Below are positions 28,651 through 43,835 of a stretch of DNA of 64,000 bases, piece after piece (within the stretch, counting starts at the first letter, position 1; each line of letters starts with the position of its first letter). Location: assembly GCF_009914755.1 (NCBI RefSeq), contig NC_060926.1, one strand, 5' to 3'. This DNA comes from the human T2T-CHM13v2.0 reference genome, Homo sapiens. Under the pieces are notes generated by a model. That model was not told where the DNA came from, ran no database searches, and saw nothing but the letters and a program-made list of their open reading frames with translations. Made by a program: the position numbers and the translations under genes.

Positions 28651-29804
28651 CGTATGAGATTCTTAAGTTTTACATAAGTAGTTATTGTGATGACTTTAAC
28701 TGGCAACTTACTTGGTATTTTTAAACTAATATGACTTATAAAAAGTTGATAGGTAAATGTATTACACAAAATTATTGTCACCAGTAAAAACAGTATGGAT
28801 ATAGGATTCATCCTTTGTCAATATAAGTATATAATCATAGACGTCCAGAGGTAGTCATCTAGAGATCCACGAACTCACCCTGCCCTTTGACAGGTAAGGA
28901 CCCTTGCACTGGGTCGCAGTGCTTAGTTAGGGGCCAGCTCAAATGCTTTGATGTTCAGACCTAAGCGGCTGTGCATGTGGCTCCCCTTGTAGACTTTGGT
29001 TGAGGGTTAAACCCGGCACGTATGTCCCCTCCACACCAGCATATCCCCTTGATCATCTGTGTTCTTACCTGGGATCCTTTCCTAAGAGCAGGGGCATCGT
29101 GAGCACCGGCCCCATCTTCTCTTTGGCATCTTCGGCCCACTGTTCTTGTCTCTCATGTTCCTGGCCTGCAGTGCTTACGTTTCACAGCTTTGTCACCTTC
29201 TCCTGGGATGTTTGTGTATTTATCTAGGCAAGGTAGCATTTTTTTTTTAATGCTGAATTAGGACCATTGTCAACTTTCTTTAATACATTTAGAAAACTGC
29301 CAAGTTTGGGAAGAATTGATTTTTTAGAATAAGAGAGAAATGTATATCAGTAAGAGACTGCAAATCATCATGAATGCACACCAGCATGGGCAAAGCTGTG
29401 CCAAAGCTCCATGTTTGCCCCGATCCTGGGATTTGGCCCCTGCTCATTTCTTTTTTGAATAGAAACTTGAAACTGGGAAGCAAGGGGAGGTTAGGTTTCG
29501 GGTTGGATTACTGTGAAATCTTCTTGTAAAGGGAATATCACTTCCTGGAATCGTGAGGATGAAGTCGAACTTTCCCAGGCAGCTGTTTTTGAACTAGGAA
29601 TTGAGCCACGTGGCCTAGAATGACAGAAAAAATTCGGATTTTCCATTGGTTGTAAATTGAAAAATATATGGTGGTTTGGTTACTTTGCTTAGTTGTTTGC
29701 ATGGACTTTTTTTTTTTTTAAACCTGAATGCATTCCACAGACTCTCCTTACCTCTGATTTGTGGATTTAGAGATTGTACTTGAAGTGTTTAAAAAAAAAA
29801 ATGT

Positions 29805-30102
29805 GGCCGGGAGTGGTGACTCACACCTGTAATCTGAGCACTTTGGGAGGCCGAGGTGGGCGGATCATGAGGTCAGGAGTTCGAGACCAGCCTGGCCAAT
29901 ATAGTGAAACCCTGTCTCTACTAAAAATACAAAATTAGCCAGGTGTGGTGGTGCAAGCCTGTAATCCTGGCTACCCAGGAGGCTGGGGCAGGAGAATCGC
30001 TTGAACCCGGGAGGCGGAGGTTGCAGGGTTGCTGTGAGCCGAGATTGCGCCATTGCACTCCAGCCTGGGCAACAAGAGCAAAACTTCATCTCAAAAAAAA
30101 AA
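29805..30102 (+). mobile_element. Alu (S-like)
   Basis: Full dimer + A tail. Confidence 0.93.
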
Positions 30103-30694
30103 AGTTACTATAGCTGCCCCCCAACCCCATTATAACTTAAATTTTTCCCCATCTGCCCTAGTTCAGCCAGTGACACCCAGTGCTGCTTGTGGTGGACCCA
30201 TTCTTGGCTGTTGACCCAGGGGCTAGAAGGAATCTTCCCCTGTCAGCTCACGGGGTTGAAGGGTCTGAAATGGGCCAGTCTTAGTTTTAAAAACTGTAAT
30301 TCCAATAATGTCCACTATGTGGTGCACATGCATCCGCAGTAAATTCTAAAACTAGTTGAAAGGGAGCTCAAAAACATTTTTAAAATCCACAGTGATAAAA
30401 ATAGTGGGGAAATGGCACATGTTTATTTGCTGTACACTGGGTTCCTCTTAAGTAGCAGCTTCCAATGTCATATTCATAATGTGACTCAGCTTATTTTAAC
30501 TTTTGAGAAAATGTGCGGGAGATAACTGATTTGGAGCCCAGGAGAGAAGGGTGTGACATCTCCTGCCTTCCATTTCGAAGGTGGGGGATCCCCCTGGATG
30601 GGTTCTCGCCGGCTTAGTGCATTGCTCAGGCACATGCTAGCAGCTGGAGTGAGTGTAGCCGGTGCTAACCTACTGCACTTGGAAGTCATCTTTA

Positions 30695-31171
<477 letters not shown>

Positions 31172-32053
31172 TCATGGAAATAGACCCACCAGCATAACAT
31201 CTTCCCGGGTTATTCTAGGGAGTTTTGACCACATCTGTGTGGAACTTCTTGAATGAGGAACACATTCCTGGGTGTTTAGTGATCGTTAAGTTCTCAGCCT
31301 ATTAACAAACGTTACCACTTTTGTCTTAGGTTTAATCTGGGCATGTAAAGAATCCAGTTATGTTTAAATAAAAGACCCTTGCACTGATATTTCCATACCT
31401 AGAAAGGAGTATGGAAATAATTGTAAATTACAAATCATCCCTTGAACACTGGGCCCAATGTGATTTGATAACCAAAAGGTTAATAAGAACAAACTGGAAA
31501 GAAATGAGGACTGTTTAGTCTGCATGGGCAAAGATTGAGAGAGAACTTTATTGGAATCTTATAAAAATTGTGGATTAGAGGAACACTGATGTCATAAGTT
31601 CTAAAATATGAGGACACAGAGTACTACAGGTTATCCTAAGAGGTGGTGTCAACGCAAATATAGGTGGATTCCTAGGAAGTTTTTACTAAGTTACAGAACA
31701 GCTGCAGAGGGAGCTATGCTATTGGTAACTTTGGAAAATGACATCAGGAAAGCTAACCAGCCTCTTCCCCTGTCCTAGCTGATATTAAATAGGGATTCTG
31801 GAAGGGAACATAAGCAGAGGTTCAGAGCTGCCGACTCTTCCTCCTCTTTAAGGTCTGCTATTTCTATGACCAAAAGCAGTTTTAAAATAAACCCCTGATC
31901 ACCTCTTTTTAAAAACCCTTTTTTAAAAAATGAGAAGCTGAGCTTCTCATTTAAAATAGACTTGAGTAATTTCAGTGATGTTAATATTTTCATGAGCTGT
32001 GCTAGGTTTGACTTGGTGCCTGTTGCTTATGGAACCTTCTCTTCCCTTGGCAG

Positions 32054-32212
32054 GTTTTCATCTCTGTGAACTGCTTAAGCACAGATTTCTCTTCCCAGAA
32101 GGGAGTGAAGGGGTTGCCTCTTAACATTCAAGTTGATACCTATAGTTACAACAACCGCAGCAACAAGCCTGTGCACCGGGCCTACTGCCAGATCAAGGTC
32201 TTCTGTGACAAG
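32054..32212 (+). CDS. GRHL1: GRHL1 exon 9 ([20 protein letters not shown]...CQIKVFCDK)
   Basis: ggcag|GTT acceptor, AAG|gtaaga donor, 159 nt, phase 0-0; hallmark [17 protein letters not shown] motif. Confidence 0.98.
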
Positions 32213-32335
32213 GTAAGATCGGCAGGGATGCTTGGAACAAGTGTTTGAGACACACTCATGGAAAAAGACCAGGGTCTCTTTAATATTTAATGTCAAAATG
32301 AGAATATAGCTGCTAATATAGAATAACTTTTAAAA

Positions 32336-33272
<937 letters not shown>

Positions 33273-35474
33273 TAACTGATAGATTAGAAGGGTTGATAAG
33301 TACGTTTTGTTGGGCATGTCTGATAAGTAAAGGAGGTGCACACAGGACCCTCTGAGCCCAGCTGCTGGAAGTGTAGGCAGTCACCCCTGCACGGGAGCTC
33401 TTCCTTAGCTGTGTCCGAGTGGCTGAATCACAAAGTGCTGTGCCTTCACAGCCCTCTTCCCCAAAGGCCCTTCAATAAGCATGGGGAAGGAGAGGTGCGG
33501 ATTCTTCTCTACAGCCACAGGGAGGCAAGAAGAAAAAGTGCAGGGCCCAGAGGGATCTCTGCATGACCTGTTTTCCCTGGTGTGGCTCTTTTTTTATCTG
33601 GAGAAGAGAGGCTTACTTTTGCCCAGTGCAGAGCCAGGGGCTGAGCTGGATTCAATGCAGGGAGAGTCTGGAAGGTGCGTCGAGTCTTGAGGGGAAAGTT
33701 TGTGCTGGCTCGAAACTGGGGAGCAACCGTGGATGAGTGGACATTCCATTGAACTAAGACAGCAAGATCTTGAGTTTTTCCTACTCAAAAATATTGGACC
33801 TATTTTTGGCAGGGGACGGGGGCAGTTCTTTTCATCCTATTAAGGGAGCTTGTCTTTTATTGAGATTTTTAGAGGGGCTAGGTAACTGGAAGTATGTTTG
33901 CTGTCAGAGGCCTGGTCTGTCACCCTGGCTTTTGCATCAGGTACACAAAGCACAGTGGCTGAGCACAGTGAATGAGCCTGAGGCCTTTTTTGGATTTTTT
34001 GGATGATGTTTACTCTTTGTGTGGCATTTTGGTGATTTTCACCTTCCTGGGTGCTCGACATTTTTGTATTATTGTGAATCTCCTTGAATTTTGTCCTGAA
34101 ATCTGGTTAAGTTGCTCGGAAACCATCTGCTCGTTAAGATCTTATGTCTATGATTTGCTAGGCGGATCTGGAGCTGTGCTCAGTGTAAGGCTAATCATCC
34201 CGCGCTCCTGAGCAGGATTTTTCTGAATATTCTACCAAGTGCCCTGCTCATTACAAGTTTTCTCACATTACTTCCTTGTAATAATCCTCATGACAGGGAT
34301 TTCCAGTCCATCCCATATGGTGGGAACAGGTACTGTTTCTGGCTCTGTGTGAGTTTCGGGCACTGTTTCTCTAATCTTTTCGGATGTCAGTTCCCAACCC
34401 TGACCCCCAGCCTTGGGCAGCTTCCTGGTACCTGTGTACCTGTTGGTACCCGGCCACGTACTGGAGTGGGGCTCACTGAAGATCTCGGAGCTCTTTCCTC
34501 TTTGGTACTTTGTCCTGCTGCCTTGGTCTCTGTGGACTTCCAGCTCTGTCTCCTCAAACCTGGGCACCTGGACTGAGAATACATGAGAATTCCCATGCCA
34601 TGGCCTGGGAACTCTGAAGGCAGCAGCCAGCATGGTTTGAGGACTTGCCGCGGGTTCCTGTCTCCCAGGGATCACTGTTCTTTAGTTGCCTGCTGGTCAG
34701 GGCCTTCTCGTTCTTGTTTCTGCATTTCGTCTGGTTTTTGTTGTTGTTTCAGGGTGGAGGGTAAATCTGATCTGTGTTACTCCATGTTATGTAGAAACAG
34801 AAATACCTTATTCTTTATAGATACACAGATAAATAAGGAGGGACAGTCCTATTTTGTAATAGGACTGCACCCTCCACCTTTTGGAGGAGGGTGGTGTTTA
34901 TCATCAGAATGAAGTTATGGTTAGACTTGTTAGAAGGGACAGAGAGACCCAGACCAACTTCATACAATAATGGCTAGGAGATTGGGGATATTTACCTGTT
35001 TTTCTGTGTCAGGGAGGGACTGTTGTGTCAATGTTACATAGCAATTTTTATAAGCAGGTTGTATATTTACTATGTTAGTATGCTACCACCTTCTAGAAAA
35101 GGCAGAAGGTGGTTTTATATTCTGTTTTTAAAATGTGGTCCTTATTATATAATAATGCTAATAAGATCAGTGGGATTTTTATTGCCTCTTTTTGCTCTCA
35201 GCAAATTTATTTAACAGAAAAATAAGCTACCAGTTCATCCTTAACTGGAGCACTATGTAAAGAAATCTGTACCATCCAGAAATTAATTCCAATAAGTCAA
35301 GCAAAATGATTAAATGTAATGTTTTTAAATATGCTTCATTGCCTGATTTTGGGCCGTGTTTGTTACTAATATGGTTCTTTTGAACTTTGTTGTTGTGGGT
35401 TCAGCTGCATGGTACTATCGGTCTTTGAGCAGTTGATATACAGAGTACACGAGTGTCTTTTTCTAGGACTCTGA

Positions 35475-35813
<339 letters not shown>

Positions 35814-36085
35814 TAGTTCCATCTTCACTTTGTGAATTCTGCTTGGTTAGATCTGCCACATGGTTGATACCAGGCCCTTGGACTGAATCACAGCCTTCAG
35901 TGATAACCTTGGCCATATAGGAGAGTATACTCAAGAGTAGGGCCAACTTGGGTTTTTTCTTTCATTTCCTTTTCCTACTGGACAAAGGGAAAATACCCTT
36001 GTGTCTTTGCAGGCATGTGGTATACTCACAGATTTTCTCAGCTTTCATTTAACACGACCACATCCATTATAAGGAGAAATTTTGC

Positions 36086-36380
36086 TTTTTTTTTTTGAGA
36101 CAGAGTTTCGCTTTGTCACCCAGGCTGGAGTGCAGTGGTGTGATCTCAGCTCACTGCAACCTCCACCTCTCAGGGGTTCAAGCAGTTCTCCTGCCTCAGC
36201 CTCCCAAGTAGCTGGGACTACAGGTGCCCGCTACCACGCCTGGCTAATTTTTGTATTTTTAGTAGAGGTGGGGTTTCACCATGTTGGCCAGGCTGGTCTC
36301 GAACTCCTGACCTCAAATGATCCACCCACCTCGGCCTCCCAAAGTGCTGGGATTACAGGCATGAGCTACCGCTTCCGGCC
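36086..36380 (-). mobile_element. Alu (Sx-like)
   Basis: Full reverse dimer; TSD-like aattttgcttt. Confidence 0.92.
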
Positions 36381-36625
36381 GGAATTTTGCTTTATTTGTT
36401 TTTCAAATAAATGTTGTTCCCTGTGATTTCATAGAATTAAAAATAATTTTAAGACTAATCTTTTTAGAAGAAACTACTATGATAAGCCTCATGAATATAG
36501 TAAGTAATGGGGTTCCTGTCCAGAGAAGGGAGAAAGGCTTCTTCTTCCATTGGTCAGGATAAGAGTTAAATATTTTAAAGAAGATTGGAAAACAGAATCA
36601 TATCTTGTCTTCTCTTAACCTACAG

Positions 36626-36677
36626 GGAGCTGAGCGGAAAATCAGGGATGAAGAACGAAAGCAAAGCAAAAGAAAAG
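36626..36677 (+). CDS. GRHL1: GRHL1 exon 10 (GAERKIRDEERKQSKRK), non-canonical GC donor
   Basis: cctacag|GGA acceptor; AAG|gcaagt donor gives phase 1, matching exon 11 (G+TT = V); 52 nt. Confidence 0.92.
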
Positions 36678-37936
36678 GCAAGTGTCCTGACCCCAGCTCC
36701 CAGGTGAATGCCTGTAAGTAGAAATGTTCCCGGCAAGCTTCAGACCTTTTCCATTGAGAATGGTGGCTGGAGTTTGCACGCAGAAGACAGTGGGTGTTCT
36801 TCCTGTTCTGCAGTGTGGCACTGCCTCTTCCTCAGATCAGCAGCAGATGCCAGCTCAGCGGGAGGGGTTTTCCTGGGGACTACAGGATAGATCCCTGGGT
36901 TTTCCCGACCTCAGCGTTTTTGGCTCTCAGTTCTAGTTCAGACTTCTGTTTCCAGTCTTGAAAAATGACAACACGTTCTGCATGAATCACTGTTAAAATT
37001 GGGACTTATCTAGATTTTTTAAAGTAATAATAATGGTCTTGAGAATTCAAGATGTCTTAACTCCAAGTAAGATCATATTTTGTATCTAAAGTATAGTATT
37101 TTAATATTTGCAGAATCTATAGGGCTTCTGTTTGGACATTTCACCAGGAAGGCTTTGTTTTCTTTTTTTTTTAATTGTGACCAGTATTCATATTCACAAA
37201 ATCTTGTATCTAAAATGAAGAAAGTGCTGTTCTGTGCCTGTAGGGTTCCATCTGTAGTACATGGGCTTCTGGCAGCTCTTTTGAATGGTCTGTCTGGCTC
37301 AGCAGACATTTGCCCTGCAACACCTTAGTCAGGATTCTCCTACTGGTATCAAAGTACAAACTCCCAGTGACACTTCAGAGAGCAGCTGACTAACTAGGAG
37401 ACCTCATTACTGAGTACTTCAGGGCCAGCCAGATCATTGGGGAAGATGGAGTCTCTAACTTACTAAATTAAAAATTGGATGGGCATGCTTACACTTCACC
37501 TCATTGTCGAGTTTCTTGATATGTTCTGAAGTCAATGGGTCCATGAGTGTTGGAATGTAAATTATTTAATGAGGACAGCTGAGGTGAAATTTCTTCCAAA
37601 TTATGTTTACACAATTATACATTTTAGCCTTTCCAATGAAAACTAAATACGCTCTGCCTCTGTCGCAAATCTTCTGTGGATATGCGTCTGTGTGTGTTTG
37701 AAGATACCTTTTCCCTTTTGATTTGATAAGACATTCAGTTGATTTTAGTGGAAATACACACAACAAATTCCTTTACATAAACTGGGATTCTTAGGCAGGC
37801 AGCGTGCCCTGTTGTATCTTACAGAGTGCTACACTTGGAGTATCTTACTCAGAGGCGAGCACTCTGTGGCCTGCATCCAGTCTGTATGTAATCCTTTGAC
37901 CTTGGCTTCCTCTTTTTTAATTTTTTTTTTTTTCAG

Positions 37937-38076
37937 TTTCTGATGTTAAAGTGCCACTGCTTCCCTCTCACAAGCGAATGGATATCACAGTTTTCAAACC
38001 CTTCATTGATCTCGATACTCAGCCTGTCCTCTTCATTCCTGACGTGCACTTTGCCAACTTGCAGCGGGGCACTCAT
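37937..38076 (+). CDS. GRHL1: GRHL1 exon 11 ([12 protein letters not shown]...[19 protein letters not shown])
   Basis: poly-T + cag|TT acceptor, CAT|gtaggt donor, 140 nt. Confidence 0.96.
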
Positions 38077-38760
38077 GTAGGTAACCAGGATCCCAGGGGA
38101 GGTTACCAGGAAGGAAGGCATGGCAAAAGGAAATTCTTTGGCATTATTCATGGGAAACAGAAGCCAAAATTGAGTGAGGTTTGACCAGTTAGTCAGCTCT
38201 TTGGAATATTCTGCTGGGGTGACATGATGCCCGTGCAATAAAAATGGTAAGCATCGCTGATTTCAAGGTGCAGTGCAGCCTGTCAGCTTTATTCTGTTTG
38301 TATTCATTCATTCATTCGTTCGTTCTTCATACCTACATATCCTAGCTCATTTAAAAGATTCTAGAATAGTAGCATAATTTGGAGTTTGAGCCTGTCATCT
38401 TTTTAAACTTAACTTGGGGCAATACCTAGGTTAAGGAGCTCTTATAACATAAGAACATCCGAAGGCTTTTCTCACAGTTCCAGTTACTGAGCCGTCCTTG
38501 CCACGTGTAGTTACCAATGGCCATGTCTTGGCAACTAAAACTAAATTTTAAAAAATGGTCACGCCCTGTTTTGTGGCAAAGGCTTACAAGGGATAGAAAC
38601 TTCAGTAGAATGAAGCATGGTTTTATGCTGAGTGCAAATAAATATCAAAAAGACAGTCTTTCATGCACTTTGTGGACAGATTTATAAGGACTAAAGATTC
38701 GTCAGAGTTCTTGGGGCCATGGCCAGTACATTTAGTTTCTAATGGGAAGCTGGAGGTGAG

Positions 38761-38970
38761 CAGGGGTTAGCACACTGTTTTTGTGAAGGGCTGGGCCGTA
38801 AAGGTTTTCAGCTTTTGGGGCCCCGTGGTCTCCACTGTGCTGCTCAGTGCTGCCGAACTAGTGCACACATGGCCATAAGCAGCATGTGAATGAATGAGCG
38901 TGGCTTTGTTTCAGTAAAGACTTTATTTACATGAACTGGCTTTAGACCAGATTTGGCCCAACCACTGAGT
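38761..38970. mobile_element. MER58-like relic
   Basis: caggggttagcacactgtttttgtgaagggc...aatgagcgtggctttgtttcagtaaagactttattta. Confidence 0.6.
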
Positions 38971-39136
38971 TAAAGGAGTTCAAGACATCTGTAAGAATCT
39001 GTTATTGAAAACTAAGGCTAAAGGATTTTATATTAGATTGGTGAAATTCAAAATTATTTCCATTTTAGGAATAATTCATTTATGGCCAAACATTTTGAGC
39101 ATACATTTGAAAAGCAATCTATTCCTTTGGTCTTAG

Positions 39137-39174
39137 GTCCTTCCCATTGCCTCTGAAGAATTGGAGGGTGAAGG
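39137..39174 (+). CDS. GRHL1: GRHL1 exon 12 (VLPIASEELEGE)
   Basis: tcttag|GTC acceptor, GG|gtaaga donor, 38 nt, phases fit. Confidence 0.93.
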
Positions 39175-39194
39175 GTAAGATTTATGTTTTGTTT

Positions 39195-39930
39195 TGTTTT
39201 GTTTTAATAATGGAAATGATTTCAAACTTGTAGAAAAACTGCAAGTACAGTACAAAGAACTCATTTTTCCCTGAGCCATCAAGGATAAGTTGCCAGCCTG
39301 ATGGCCCATCACTCCTGAATATCGTGGTATATATTTCCTACCAACAAGGACATCCTCCTGTGTCACAGTCAAGATTAGAATATTAACATTGCTTCATTAG
39401 CACCAATAATGTCCTTTATAGCAAAAAAGGATCCAGTTCAGGATCACACATTGTAGTTGTTTGTCATGTTTGTTGATCTTCTTCAGTCTAGAACTAAGCC
39501 ACTCCTTAACTTTTCTGACCAAATATTTTTGAAGATTACAACCAGCTGTTTTGTAGACTCTTCTTAGTTTGCGTGTGTCTGCTGCTCTCTCATGGTTAGA
39601 TTCCAGGCCTGGCAGGGATGTCATAGAGGCCAGGCTGGGTTCTCCGTGTGTCCTAGCAGATGGCGCTTGATGTCAGTTTATCTGTTACTAATGGTGTTCT
39701 TTGGTCACTTGATTAAGCTGGTATCTGCCAGCTTCTCCACTGCAAAGTGGCTCCTTTTATAGTAAGTGTTGTCTGGGGAGGTGCATTGTAGCTTTGTAAA
39801 TATCTCATTCCCCATCAAACTTTCAGTTTACTCGTTCATTTATTGCTATCAGTATGAACTCATAGTTTCCTGTTTTATTCAATAAGCTGTGATTCATTAG
39901 TCATTTACTTTGATGCTCAGGTTGTCCCAG
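39195..39930 (-). mobile_element. Old L1M (L1MC-like) 3' fragment
   Basis: ggaaatgatttcaaacttgtagaaaaactgcaagtacagtacaaagaac... pattern typical of reverse L1MC 3' ends. Confidence 0.55.
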
Positions 39931-40062
39931 AATTGGGCTCTGCCTTCCTGTGCCGGGCAGCCCCCTACTCATGCTGCCTAGTGGAGGGGGGCTGACGCTA
40001 CCCCTCTTTGGGCTATCAGAACCTTCTTGATGGCTCTGGGACTTTTTCAACAAGGCAAAGAT

Positions 40063-40240
40063 TCTTTTTGTTTTTATTTCATTTTACTTTTAGAGACAGG
40101 GTCTTGCTCTGAGGCCCATGTAGGAGTGCAGGGGTGCAGTCACAGCTCACTGCAGCCTTGAGCTTCTGGGCTTAAGTGATCCTCCTGCCTCAGACTCCTG
40201 AGTAGGTGGGACTACAGGCACATGCCACCACACCCATCTA

Positions 40241-40282
<42 letters not shown>

Positions 40283-40325
40283 GTAGAGATCCTGGTCTCA
40301 GGCAATCCTCCCGCCTCAGCCTCCC
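40063..40325 (-). mobile_element. Partial Alu (J-like) with (TTA)n expansion in linker
   Basis: Reverse Alu arm; (TTA)n at ~40240-40282. Confidence 0.8.
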
Positions 40326-41239
40326 TCTTTCTGTTATCTGCCCTCAGAAAGGTGCATCCTGATGGAGAGAGCCAAGATTTCCATGGGAAGTTCATTCCTC
40401 AGCATCCCTCTTCCCTCATCTTCCATCCATTCCCAGGGCTTAAACCGTCATACTGGGGACATTCATGCCCCACACGTTACCCATCGTGCCTCTCTTTGAA
40501 GGCGAGGCCTGCACTGCCCCTTTGATTCTTAGTGTTTCAGGCTTGAGTCCTGCCGGCACTTTCACTAGACGGCTGCTGTGTGTTAGGAACTGAGGTGGCA
40601 GAGTCTCGGAGGCTCAGCCCCTGCTCCTGAAGTGGCCATTCTGCTCCAAATCCAGCACTCCCTCCCTTCACTTTCAGTTATCTACCTCTTCTCTTGCTTG
40701 CCGTGACACCACCTGCTGGACCCTCCATGCCAGGTGCCCCTGGTAGCCAGGCGTTCGTTCGATCTGAGTTTTTCTCTCCTCAGACTCTCCTTGGTCTGTT
40801 CTCACCTTTTGGCTTCCATGATACCACCATATTTTAAACCTGTGGAATCCTGTGCTCGGATTATACCAGCCTCCTTCCCCTGGTTTTTCTGCTTGAAGGT
40901 CCTGGGGTCCCCTCCAGTCTTGACCACACACTTTGGGTACCAACACACTTTGGGTACCACACTCAGTCTCACAGACCTTTCAACTATTCCCTCTTCTCTG
41001 CCATGTAAAATTTAATTCCTTAGAGCTGAATGATCAGGACATTCACGGTAGAGTCGGCTTCCCGAAATTTCTAGATATGGCTTCCTGTGGGCCATTCTGT
41101 TTGAGCCAGGCTGGCCCTGCATTTTCCTGCTCACACTTCCTCAGTGTTTTGAAACATCATCTCCTTTGTCACTGCCTGTACAAGGTTATCTCAGATCCTG
41201 CCTCCTCCATAGAGTGTTTCCTGAAAAGAAGCACCAGAC

Positions 41240-41531
41240 AGCCAGGCGTGGTGGATCATGCCTATAATTCCAGCACTTTGGGAGGCCAAGGTAGGAAGAT
41301 CGCTTGAGCCCAGGAATTTGAGAACATCCTGGGCAACATAGGGAGAACCCATCTCTACAAAAATAAAAAAATTAGTTGGGTGTGGTGGTGTGCGCCACTT
41401 GGGAGGCTGAGGTGGAAGGATTGCTTGGGCCTGGGCGGTTGAGGCTGCAGTGAGCCGTGATCCATGATTGCACCACTGCACTCCAGCCTGAGCAACAGAA
41501 TGAGACCCTGTCTCACAAAAAAAAAAAAAAA
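41240..41531 (+). mobile_element. Alu (J-like)
   Basis: Dimer + A tail. Confidence 0.88.
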
Positions 41532-41808
41532 CCAAAGCGCCTCATCTTCGAGAAGGCAGCTTTATCTGATGAGAGTGCAGATACCTGCAGGGAACCTGAG
41601 TGTGGTCCCATGTCTGCCTGTAAATATCCATGAGCCCTGGAGTCAGGATCTTCCTTTAGCCTGATTTTTCATCCACAAATAAGGAAGCTGGACCAGATAA
41701 AGAATGAAAGTCATTTTAAATCTAGTTCCATGACAGGCTCTAAAACACCTTAATGTTGATGCAGCTGGTTAAGTTGAATCACTAACGGCATATTTTGGAT
41801 CACTGCAG

Positions 41809-41900
41809 CTCTGTCTTGAAAAGGGGGCCGTACGGCACAGAAGATGACTTTGCTGTCCCTCCTTCTACCAAGCTGGCCCGGATAGAAGAACCAAAGAGAG
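41809..41900 (+). CDS. GRHL1: GRHL1 exon 13 (SVLKRGPYGTEDDFAVPPSTKLARIEEPKR)
   Basis: cactaac branch point at ~41780, ctgcag|C acceptor, G|gtgtgt donor, 92 nt. Confidence 0.95.
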
Positions 41901-42245
41901 GTGTGTTCGTTTCCATTTCTTAGTGGGAGTTTTAAATCAGAAGTGAGTTCAGAATCTATCAAAAGCATAAATGGTTCAAGCACATTTTTCCCAGTTTCAC
42001 TTGCTTGGGAATTCTTCCATCAGACTGACATCTAGCTTGAGCTAGGACTTAGAGCAAAGTTCAGAGAAGCTGAAACCTGTGTTCCTTAAGACAGAATTGA
42101 TATTGGCTGATGCTTGTCATCCTTGATGTGAATGTGGTTTTTATTTTAGCTGGTACCGTGGTCTGTTTTCCTCTTTTGCTCATGTGAACTGTATCCTTTT
42201 TTTCCTCTCTTTTCCCTTCCTTATTCCTGGTTGGGGATTGATTAG

Positions 42246-42331
42246 TGCTGCTCTACGTTCGAAAGGAGTCAGAAGAAGTCTTTGATGCCCTGATGCTCAA
42301 AACCCCATCTTTGAAGGGCTTGATGGAAGCT
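42246..42331 (+). CDS. GRHL1: GRHL1 exon 14, dimerisation domain ([28 protein letters not shown])
   Basis: attag|TG acceptor, GCT|gtaagt donor, 86 nt. Confidence 0.96.
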
Positions 42332-43447
42332 GTAAGTAGGATCAACTCTGTAATCCCCTGTACAAAATGAAAGGACAAGTACATAGGATTTCATTGAAAC
42401 ACTTTATCAGATGATCCAAATCCTTTGTCAGACCTTCTGGAATCCCTGACACCTTTCTCGAGTCGTCGTGCGTCCCACATTTTATCCTCACCCAGGGGTC
42501 TTAACTCACACAGTCACTCAGTCACACCTGTTCCACTGAAGTGAATGCATCTGTGATGGCCTATGAAATGTTTAATTTTTATATACGTGGTTAAAGGGAG
42601 ATTGCCATTTAGCAAGCCACTTAGAAGCTAACAAAAGTGATTTTTAATCAAGTACAATCTTAAAAACTTCATACATAAAAACAGTGGCTCCTCAGTCTAC
42701 CTTTAAAACTCCCAATCCTAGGAAATTACTGAACTTGCATCAAGACCTCACTACAGCCTATTGCAGAGAAAGTAGACGTGTAACCAGTGATGGCCGTAAG
42801 TCCATCTTACGAGGATCTCAGCACGAGGCTGGAATAAACTGACCCCATGCTCCCTGTGGGGATATCAGTAAGAGAGGAAACATGGAAGGCTGCTGTGTTA
42901 ATTTCCCGTTCCAGCTGTGCACTGGAAAAACGCATGTCATCAGCACTGAGTGCAGATATTTACCAGCCTGTCTCCTAGAGACCGTAGAGATCTTTAAGCT
43001 CAAAGTGTGTCCATAATTGGGCTAAAAGCATCTCCCCCAGCTCCCTCTGATGACTGTAGTGTGTTGAATTCATTTAACACATCTTGATAAAGGGCTTGCT
43101 TCATGCCAGGCACTGTGGCGGGCACTGGAGTTATGCGCGTCAGTGACACAGTGCTGAATGGAGTTTATTTTGTAGTTAGGAAGACACAGACACCAAAATA
43201 AGCAAAGAAGTTGAGGTCATTTTTCAGGTACTGATGAGTGCCATGAAGATTAATAAAGCAGGGAGATGGGGCGTGGGTTTGGGGAGCTGCTGTGCGGTCT
43301 CTCAGCCAGGCGCCCCAAGTCCACGGGTGTCACTCAGTGCATCCCTGCCTGCCCACAGCACAGGCAGCGCCGTTCCCACTGTCACTTCCTGCCTCCTAGG
43401 ATGTCCCCTGGGTTTCTCTTTTCTTGCCTTTTGATGACCCTTCATCA

Positions 43448-43835
<388 letters not shown>

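Noticed and set aside
38077-38086. Second donor GTAG|gtaacc 4 nt after the exon 11 donor
   Set aside because: Would frameshift; +4 shifts are a common by-product of the donor consensus and nothing here suggests regulated use.
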